Assembly: GCF_006345805.1 (NCBI RefSeq)
Contig: NC_043012.1
Span: 55,056,001-55,120,000, forward strand
Direction of reading: 5' to 3'
Length of the DNA: 64,000 nucleotides
Origin: Octopus sinensis
Lineage: Eukaryota
Shown here: positions 24,395 to 64,000 of the stretch, in pieces
How positions within the stretch are numbered: position 1 is the stretch's first letter
How the letters are laid out: each line of letters begins with the position of its first letter
Position numbers and translations under genes: made by a program
Notes under the pieces: generated by a model
Databases searched by the model: none
What the model was told of the DNA's origin: nothing
Seen by the model: the letters and a program-made list of their open reading frames with translations, nothing else

Positions 24395-26014
24395 TCATCA
24401 CTCCACTCTTACCACCTCCATTCACTGCAAACACACAGACTCACACTCATACATAAACTTCTCTTCCTCCCACCCCAAACACACCAAGCTTTCCATCCCC
24501 TATTCCCAATTCTTCCGTCTACGCAGGCTCTGTAGTGACGACCATGACTTTGAGACTCAGTCTCAACTCATGGCTTGCCACTTCATCCTACGTGGATACC
24601 CCCTCACCACTATCCACACCGCCCTTGCCAGAGCATGTTCCATAGACCGTGCATCTGCTTCTCCCCCTGAACCCACCCTGTAGTCTCCCGCCTCCCTTTT
24701 CCCCTCACTTACCACCCCACGACCCTACCTCTCCAACGCACCATTCTTCGAGCTTTCCAGCATCTCCAGTCCGACCCGTCCACTTCACACCTCTTCCCTA
24801 ACCGACCCCTCTCCTCCTTCAAACGAGCCCATAACCTACGAGACCTCTTGGTCCACAGCTCCTTCCCTGACCCTACCTCACAACCTGGCTCGTTCCCCTG
24901 CTCCCGCCCACGTTTCCGCACTTGCCCTTACCCCTCCAACACCACCCTCCTCACTGGCACCCATCATCGACTCTATCGCATCATCAACTCCTTCACCTGC
25001 ACCTCCAGCAATATCATCTATTGCATCTCCTGCTCTCTCTGCCATTCCCTGTACATTGGACAAATGGGACGCCGCTTGGCTGACCGGTTCACGGAACACC
25101 TCCGTGACATCCGCTTTGCAAACGACACACCGGTCTCACGCAATTTCCGCTCCACCGGTCACTCCTTGCAACACCTGTCTGTGTTCGGATTGTCCTTGCA
25201 CAGCTGGATTCCCGTTTGCGCCGTGAACAGGAATTAATCTTCTCTCTTTCACACCATTTGGTCTCAACTCTCCCCCCTTCTCATCTAACCTCCCCCTATC
25301 ATCTAGCTTCCCCCGACTCCTACTTCTCTTCAGTTCTTCATCTTTTCACCCCACTCTCTTTCCTCTTCCCTCTTCCTTCTCTCTTTCTCTCTGCTCCCTC
25401 ACTCCCCTCCTTTCCCATCCCCCTCCTCTCCTTCCTTCTTTCCCCCCTCACCTCATCTCTCTTCCCTCCTCCACTCCTCCCTCTCTCTTCTCTCCCCCTT
25501 TCACTCTCCCCACAACCCCCACTCTACCCCAACTTCCAGCCGAACCCACACTCCACCTCCCCCTTTCACTCTCCCCACAACTCCCACTCTACCCCAACCC
25601 CCAGCCGAACCCACACCCCACATAGGCTTTCCCCACCTCCCACCACACTACACTACACCATACGACATTACACATCATATACATACATACACCCATCCAG
25701 ACCTTTCATACGCACATACATACTCTCTCATACACACACGCACCCTTATGTTGGGGCGAGGTCATTTGACCTTGTTATCTCCCCTACTATCCCTCTTGCG
25801 TCTAACGTCTGATCTCTGACTTCTGGCCGAAATCAGACCACCATGTTGATTTGTTAGCTCCTGCACGCATTTTTTTTCTCTCCTTGTTTCTCTCTGTGTT
25901 TCTTTTCTGTGTATCTTTCTGTCGAAGAGCGTAGGCTCGAAACGTAAAAGACTTGTTTTATTTCTATTCCTGAGTGCCATACTAATACCATTGTTTGTTT
26001 GTACTCCACCTGCC
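24395..26014 (+). mobile_element. 5'-truncated Penelope-like retroelement (RT thumb + Zn-knuckle + GIY-YIG endonuclease, frameshifted) with 3' pLTR
   Basis: K.TDSHSYINFSSSHP.HTKLSIPYSQFFRLRRLCS...RGYP, PGSFPC.RPR.RTC, FTCTSSNIIYCISCSLCHSLYIGQ.GRRLADRFTEH; hammerhead-like motif downstream. Confidence 0.9.
25914..25951 (+). ncRNA. Variant minimal hammerhead in the pLTR of the Penelope-like element
   Basis: UCUUU-CUGUCGA-A-GAGC(GUAG)GCUC-GAAA-CG-UA-AAAGA; A6 replaced by U; lies 3' of the GIY-YIG ORF. Confidence 0.6.
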
Positions 26015-26690
26015 TTAGAATCGTGCTGTAACATTCCATTAGCTTTGAGCCTTTCTCTAATGTGCACTGGAATAATTTCATAAAAAGACCACAAGGCTAT
26101 GTATCATCTTCCGAATAAAGATCCTGAAAAGCTTCCTTTTTGTTTCCTAGAATTCGTTTGCACAAAGAAAATGAACAATATCAACAATGGAACTGATAAT
26201 AATGGTTTGTGCTAAACTGATCATTTTGCAAGATTGAAGACACGGGTGTTGTTGTGGACAAACGCTGTTGGCGTTCCTTCCATGTTACCATAGCTTGGAT
26301 ATGGGATGCAGAGTTTGCTTGCTTATTAAAACCTTTGTTTTTTTCTTTTGCATGATGCCAATTAGAATATCCATTTTTAATAAAACAAGTATCATCTTGA
26401 GCAGAAGTATTAAAGTGCCGACAAGCAAAACAAAACAAAGCTTTCTTTGAAAGAGAATACTCTAGCCATAAATGACCAGTATACCAGCTTCACGAGAAGT
26501 CACATCTCTGATTTCCATAAATTTTTGGATCAAACTTTGCTAGAACTGGCTGCACTGGTTGGTAGTCGACCTGTCCTAGATCATCCGATGAGGGTGTCAA
26601 AGACTTTGCAAGACCTCCCTTGAGCTGCGAAACTTCGTTTGCAATTCTCTTCTGCTTAGCATTATTAAATGAATCAGATTAGAAATTCAG
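26015..26690 (-). mobile_element. hAT transposase remnant (ZMYM1/TTF-zinc-finger type N-terminus)
   Basis: WLEYSLSKKACFCFACRHF...GYSNWHHAKEKNKGFNK.ANSASHIQAM; broken frames. Confidence 0.75.
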
Positions 26691-29600
26691 CAATAACTTA
26701 CAACACATTCTGTGACCTCTTCAGGGACTCTCCATCTCACATATCTCCTCTTGTCCATTGAGAACGGACTAAGCAGGACAGGAGGAGACACACAGGATGG
26801 AGAGTTGCTGAAGAGGCCACAGGGTGTGTGATGAAAGATTTCCAGACAAAAGACACTAAAAGGAGAAGAATGGATAAAGCTGAAATGAAGAACAAGAATA
26901 TAGTGCATGTGTTTATTTGATAAGAAAAAAGAAGGAAAAAAAGACCATCCCAAAACATAAGGTCTAATTATAATCCATTGGTAAGGAAATCTGCAACACT
27001 GCTGTTGTTTATTTCATTCTCTTTCACGTGGCAGTAGAGGAATTGGTAGATCACCTGTCAAGATGGTTTGTGGTTCCTGGTTATGCCTCTTTATATTTTA
27101 AGTTCAGGTTTCACACAGATCCACTTTGCTTTTTGTCCTGAAGTTAATAAAATAAGAACCCTGGAGAGTGATGCTCCAGAATGGCCAAAGACCAACACCT
27201 GAAATCAGTCAATGCAATAAGTGTGCACTATTTGTATTTACATCCATTCATTCTTTACACAATACTAGATGAATTCTTGAATAATATAAAGTAACTAAGG
27301 CAGTGACCTGGCAGAAACATTACCACACACGGCAAAATGCTTAGTAGTATTTCATATGTCTTTACGTTCTGAGTTCAAATTTCGACTTTGCCTTTCATCC
27401 TTTCGGGGTTGATAAATTAAGTACCGGTTATGTACTGAGTTGATCTAATTGACTGGCCCTCACCCTGCAAATTTCGGGCCTTGTGCCTAGAGTAACTAGC
27501 AAACCAGCTTGCAATGCTGTGCTGGGGAGACAGAATTGATTAGCTTCTGGCTGATCTGAAAATGGAAAATGAAAGGACACCCAGAACAATTTGAAACTTA
27601 TAAATCTGTGCATGTGGTTTGTCAAATACAACTCTTGGAATATTGACTGAATGACTTGTCACTTTTCAGTAAGTAAAGTAACATCCCAGTGCTGCAACAT
27701 GTATTGTGTACTTACTACATTTTGTGCACTTGAAGCAGTCCAATGCATAGAAATGAATATGCTGGATGAGGCCATAGAAGTAATGAATAGACAATATAAT
27801 AAATGATATATATTTGCTCAACCACACATGCAGAGTGGTGCAGTGGATGTGTGCTGGGTACAAAACCTAGAGTTCTGTACATTGAAACTATACTCTGTAA
27901 GGAAAAGGAAGCTCATCATCATTTAACTCCTGTTTTCCATGCTGGCATAGGTTGGACAGCTTGACAGGAGTTGGCAAGCAGGAGAACAACACCAGGTTCC
28001 AATTGCCTGCTTTTGCATGGTTTCTATGGCTGGATGCCCTTCTTAATGCTAACCACTTTACAGAATGTACTGGGGCCACATACATGGCACCAGCATTGGT
28101 GCATTTTACGTGGCATTAACATTTATATCTCCAACTGAGTTGTCTACAGATAGACGTACTATGTACATGTAAGTATACCCACAAAGGTAAGTAATTATAT
28201 TATGAAATGGAAATTTATATAAAGTCAAAGATTCAGCAACTGACTAGGGTACACCAAATAGGTAGAGATTACAACAAGACTTTTCATTTAGTCTATAGGA
28301 TTGTTGAACTTACAGATCATGAATGAAAATACATGGCAACAGACTATGTTTGTGGTGATTTAAATTCACTTCAATGCCTCATGGTTCCAGGTTCAAATCT
28401 ATTGTGTGGCATCTGTGTATGTTTCTGATACCAGTGATGTAATCAATAGAATTTAACATTAAAAAAAAAATCCCTTTTGTTCTTCTGTTAGCATATTCCT
28501 GTCGAAATATACTGCTTTTGTTTCAATTAATTTTAAAATAATGAAGAATCAATTAAAATAACTGTCATTATTATAATGGTGTTTGGAACATAAATTAACA
28601 TGACATTTTGCTGGAAAATTGTAATTTAGATCACTTTAAATCATGAAGCCTGTATAAGAATCAGATGTGGTCTCAGACAGGTTTTTATCAAAAGTTAACG
28701 CATTGCCACAACCAGTTATACTAAACTTAGTTGATTTTAACTATTTCTTTAAAAACAATACAACACTCCCTGACAACTTATTGCTTTCCTTTCCATCAGC
28801 ATTTCAAATATATTCTTATAATTGTTGTCATTTTTAGAACTTGAAATTCTTAATCATCATCAACAGAGTTTGAAGTGTGAACAATAGAAGGTTTATCACA
28901 TAAGACATGTATAAGGTCCTGGGAAGGTAGAAAAATAGGGTATTTCCAATGCAGCACTCAATCCAAGCTTTAGGCTATTTATACTGTCAGATTCCAGACA
29001 AATATTGAAATTCTTCAGGTGTGGAAAATCCAGGCTTCACATTAGTAAAACTATTGTGTGAGTTTAGCAAAGAGCAAAATATAATCCAACTAAGACAAAG
29101 AAAGACTTCAAAACATCTCCTTTTCCTCCTCGTCGTCTTTGTCCTCCTCTTCAGTCCTCTCCTTCCTCTTCCACTGCTTCTTCATCCCCTAAGCATAATT
29201 TTATCTACTTTGTTAGTCACAACTTTACTTGCCCTGCCCATCTTTTCACCAGTCTATTTACATTTTCATTTTTATTTACTTTGTCTAAAACTGCAAACAT
29301 TGCATAAATTTTCATTTGGAAAGTGATATTTTTTTTATTATCCCTAATAAATACTTCAATTATATTTAAAATCTAACTAGCGTTGAAAGCAGAGTTCGTA
29401 CCGAGAAAATTGTGACTGATTATTAAAGATATATCAAAGTCTTTCTTTGTCTTCCCAGTTTGATTATATTCTTTTATTCTTTTACTTGTTTGACTGCAAC
29501 CATGCTGAAGCACCACCCTGAGAATATATATATATAAAATGTCTACAATCATCTGAACAAGAGAATCATAACAAACAACTTATGATGAGAGAAATGATTT

Positions 29601-31572
29601 TTATGATATATGTTTGAACTAGTGAAAGTTTATGATACACATTCAAATTACTGATATCATTGTTGAAACAGGTGAGGTGGTGGTGGTGAATTAGTTGTAC
29701 CAACTAATTAGTGTCACTGGAGACATCTGGTGACATCCTCTATCAGCAGTGACACCTAAACAGTGAAATAGAATGACGCAAATTTACAAAGATGATGTTT
29801 ATAACAGAGTTGGGAATGACTGGCAGAGAAGAACGGGAGTTAAAGAATAACAGATAAAACATGAGGAGCAAGCAAAAGAAAAAAAAAAAGTTGAGTAATC
29901 AAGCATCACAGTATTAATAAGTTTCTAATGTGGGTACATGACCTGAAAATTTTGGGGGCAGGGGTTAATTGATAAAACTGACCCCAGTACTTGACTAGTA
30001 CTTTATTTTATTGACCCCAGAAGGATCAAAGAGTAAAACCAATCTTGGTAGGATTTCAACTTGGAATGTGAAGGAGCATAACTAAATACTGCAAAGCATT
30101 TAGTATATCACTAACGGTTTTGCTAATCTAGTGCCCTTTTATTATACTATAATATACAATAAAAATAAATTTGTTAATTGGTCCCAGAAAATTCTGTAGC
30201 ACCACTCCAGTGTTTTGTATAAAGAATAAAATCTTGAAAGAAAAAAATGCAAACATAACATTAAAATCAAAAACAAAATTTACAAAAAATCAAAATTGAC
30301 AAAAAAAAAAATTCAAATATAATACATAAATAATGGTTAGAACCATGGAATGCAATCAAAATGAGTTGGTGTGTTACAATCATTCTTAGATCTTGGGGTG
30401 TGAAAGACATGAATGTGATAAAGAGTTTAACAAAACAAAATATAATTTATACATAAAAGTTTTTAGTGTTTTGCGGGTTTTTTTCCCCACCATGTTCTGT
30501 TTTTCTACAAGGTGTAGAAAAAAAAATTGAACATCTAAGAAATACCTGGTTTGCATGTTGTTGCTATTTCTAGCACAAGTCAAGTGACTGTGATGATTCA
30601 TTTTTAATTGATATGATTGCAAATGGAAACATCAGTTTGGCCTAACAAGTGGATTGTTACTGACAGTTGACCCCAACCTTACCTTCTAATTAATGAATTA
30701 AGATAAAACAACAGAATTTAACAATAAAATGTAATGTTTTTAGATGGTAGCGAAGAAATTGGGTGGGGGTGGGGAGAAAAATTTCAGTTTTATTTGTGTA
30801 TGAAGAAATGATTGTTGTAAAATAATTTTTGGGTGTTTACAACTTCTCAACAGAGAATAACCGGATCTGACAAATTAAAGGGTTAGGATCTGGACCTTAT
30901 AGTTGGGTCTCAATCACCTTTGCTGGAGTGAGAACCACACATTCACATTCAAACTCACTACACACATATACATACATAGATTGATACATACACTATCACT
31001 CTGTCAATCGACCACCAATACTAATCATCTGGTGGTTTAAGATTTAGGAATTAGTCTACAAGCAAAAATTCCTTGACAATTCTATTATTACATTTCTCAC
31101 AGATTTTTTTTTTCTTATTAAATACTGTACAAGTTATCATAAAAAGTTTTTCCATTCACATTTCATCAGAATTTCATCAAACAGAGTAAACATTTATGTA
31201 TACTGTTTATGTTAGTTGAACTGGTGTCGTTATCTTGATTGTTGCTTTCACTACATTTCAGGGGTTGTATTGGAATTTGGAACCTAACCCATTATTTGAT
31301 TCATGGGGGTACACTGTTCTCAATCTGTTCTCTGTGTTTCATGACATTTTCACTTCAGTTGATTTTTGTGAATTATCTTAGTGCCTGGCCAAGAATTGAA
31401 TTCAGAACCTCTAGGTGTCTGCACTGCATTAACCAATGTCTTTACCACGCTATACAGTCATGTAGAGATTCTGAGTTCAGTCCCAGGCAAGGCACCGAAA
31501 GAAAAAAACGTCACAAAATGCAGAGTGCAAAGCGTTAGGTTCAAAATTCTGATACAACTGAGTTCAACAAAA

Positions 31573-31616
31573 GACACCTGAAGAAGGCTGGAGCAGACAA
31601 CAGCTGAAATGTAGTG
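31573..31616 (+). ncRNA. Minimal type-I hammerhead ribozyme (same family as 13361-13406)
   Basis: (GA)CAC-CUGAAGA-A-GGCUG(gagcagacaa)CAGCU-GAAA-UG-UA-GUG. Confidence 0.65.
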
Positions 31617-32021
31617 AAAGCAACAATCAAGATAAGGACACCAATTTGACCAATATAAACAGCATACAAGATAAAAATTCCTCATCTCGGTAATATTGAA
31701 TAGTATTGCAAACATTTGAGAAAGCAAAGCAATGCAAGAATCTCAGAACTTAAGAGATAGAGTCATGTGTCAATACTGATCTTTAGTTTTACCTCTTAAA
31801 GAAAAAAGAAAAACTTTTTATTTTTAATCTTTTGCTTGTTTAGATTGTTGTTGGGCTGCAGCCCTGCTGGAGTAATGCTTTCAAGGATTTATCTGAACAA
31901 ATTGAACCCCAGCACTTGTTCTATTGGTCTCCTGTTGCTGAAACTTAAGTTATGGAGACATAAACAAACCTACAGCAGTTGTCAATAAAGTGGTGGTGGT
32001 GGTGATAGGGGAGGTAAAATT

Positions 32022-32074
<53 letters not shown>

Positions 32075-33649
32075 TACAGTATTATACACCCATTTCAGTT
32101 GATCTTAATCAGTTTCACACCAGTTATATAATCAATAGCACAGTTATCTAGAAACACACTGTAATGGCCCTATAATGCTGAACATGTTGACTTATATACT
32201 CACTCTACTGACAAAAACATGAGTGTATATATGGATTCTTAGACAACTAAATATAAATATATATATATGTACACATTTATGTACACATAGGCATACCTCA
32301 TACTTAAACCTCTCAATACCAGGCATAAAGCCAGCTTGCTCAACACTTCATCTCCCCACATACATAAAAACACACATACACGCATAGAGGCAACTGAACA
32401 GAATTAATGTTTGTTCCATACCTAAAACAGCATGGGTAGAAATAAATATTAACAAATGGGAATGTTGAAAAGTATTTCTTTCTCCTCTTTTCTTTGTGGG
32501 ATTTGTACATGTCTAGTGAATGGCTTAGTCTGAGACTGAGTGTGTTGTTGATGTTAAAGTAGTTACATCGTGGAAGAATCATTTCAGTGAAGAAACAGAG
32601 ACTATTAAAATTCACTTTCCCTTCATATTGTCATGCAGCAGTGACCTGGTCACGGTCAAATAACAAAGAAAACATATCAATGAAAAAAAAATGAATTTAA
32701 ATGTATTTTGTTGTACCTTGGGCAGGTCATTATGCTTACAGTATTAAATACATTCACTGGTTCTATTTCACTTCATTTTTATTTGTCAATTAGCTATTCG
32801 ATTGTTTGATTAATTGTGCGGTCACTCAATCAATTAGCCAGGTTTGTCAAAGTCCTGTCATTATGACAAAGCCACACACCATCACCTTACTCTACAATTT
32901 CATCCGAAAAATAAGTAATCACAAAGCCTCGAGGTAATGCATGATTAATTAAAAACAATGTGAATAAATAAGCATTACATTTGACAGAGCATCCTGAATG
33001 CTAAAGAGTTAAACAATTTCTGTGTGTTTTTAAATGGTTCTTCCACAATGCAACTGGGCTTTTGAAATACATTTTTAAAAATCTTCTTAAAAGAGCAACA
33101 GGCCCTAGTCATTCAGTCCCTTTACAACGACCAGTCTCCTATTGGTGGAGGAAGAAAAGTTTCAGTCAAGGCTTATGAGGTTTAGATCTTTCCCATGAGT
33201 TATGAATGCATGAATGAGTGAGTTTGGGGTGGTGGGAGAAAGAGATGGCGGTGGAGGCGGCGGTGGTGGTGGTGGTAGTGGTGGCAGCGGCGGGGAATGA
33301 GAAGCAAGAGCAACAACAACAACAACATAAGGCAGGATAAAAATTTAAAATTACTTTGAAGCAATAACATTAACTGTAACAACTAGGAGATGTTTCAAAA
33401 ATTGTAGGGAATTTTACATTTGTTGGAAAAAAATCCCAACCAAATTATTTTTTTCTTATTTTTGTTTTTTCTCTGTTGTTTCATAGAATGGTATAGAATA
33501 ACAATTTTTTTTTGTCTTTCTTTCTTTTTTTTTTCGGTAAGTATGAATATGAACATATTGTATAGCCACCCAAATATCACATATTATTAGACAGACAGAC
33601 ACATGTATATGTGCAGTCAACTATGGTGATGTTACAGTATTTTTGCATC

Positions 33650-33697
<48 letters not shown>

Positions 33698-33830
33698 CAC
33701 ACACACACACACATATATATACATACATATGCATAGTCACACACTCACACAAACAAATATAATTACATATACATACACACATTTATACCTATACATATAT
33801 CATGTGTACATATGTAAGTATGTGCATCTA

Positions 33831-33870
<40 letters not shown>

Positions 33871-34371
33871 AACACACACACATATATTGTATACATACAT
33901 ATATTAATATATATATTTCAAATGTAAAAGTTAAGTTCTTTCAACAACCTTTGTGTGATTGTCATAGTTGTCATGTTGTTTGTAATGTGTGCATCTGTGT
34001 GTGTTTATGTGTGTATATATATATATATATATACACACACAGAATGATAAACTGTTAGAGTGACCATCTTTTAAATAGTTTGGTTGGTAAACAATAATCT
34101 TGCTTCTTGTTCTTCTTCTTCTTATTATTATCAATGTATCTCTACAATCATCCTGGCATGCTACATGAGTTTCAGAAAGTATATTTTATAATAGGAAAGT
34201 AGGAGAAAGGAGAAAAAAAAATAGAGGAAGTCAAATGGATTTCATAGTACAGGTTCTTTGATGTAGTTTTTTTTTTATGTCTTTAGTCACATGATGTTAC
34301 TATGCCAACAGGGGCATTTTTTTCTGTTTTTTTTTTTTGGTCTTTTTTTTTTTAATTCACTAAAAGTTCTT

Positions 34372-63784
<29,413 letters not shown>

Positions 63785-64000
63785 CTGAAAAAAGAAACAC
63801 AAAGATTAATAAAACATTGTCTTTAGCACTTTGAAACCAAGAGTAGACTTTAGTGGGCATGGTTTCACTGGGCTGTAGCCCTGGAAGATGCAAAATTGGT
63901 CTGCTACATGGTTTTATGTTTACCACAGAAAATAATGTTTCCTCCACCAGTCAGTGAGCTGTAAGCACAAATCTAAGTGGTTTCTCAGTTATGGGTCTTT

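Noticed and set aside
25216-25812. 198-aa Pro/Ser/Leu-rich ORF
   Set aside because: Pyrimidine-rich low-complexity 3' region of the Penelope-like element.

Overview
AT-rich, repeat-dense eukaryotic (animal) genomic DNA. The SINE families, microsatellite load and intron sizes point to an octopus/coleoid cephalopod (inference). Two convergent multi-exon genes can be assembled with GT-AG boundaries and consistent phases. On + is a neutral sphingomyelinase 1 (SMPD2-like): 7 coding exons at 4103-20407, first exon upstream of the window. On - is RUNDC1: 10 coding exons at 63784-34372, 5' part beyond the window. Introns and the intergenic region hold several tRNA-derived SINE families, mariner, maT (DD37D), hAT and R4/Dong remnants, piggyBac-, hAT- and Tc2-type MITEs, and a Penelope-like (PLE) RT/GIY-YIG remnant. 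The most striking feature is at least nine type-I hammerhead-ribozyme-like motifs (intact, variant or partial). They sit in small non-coding mobile units: a tRNA-headed SINE carrying a hammerhead, a 1.5-mer tandem unit whose 5' end maps about 5 nt from the predicted self-cleavage site, and fold-back palindromes. Together these suggest a family of ribozyme-bearing non-autonomous retroelements dependent on Penelope-like enzymes.
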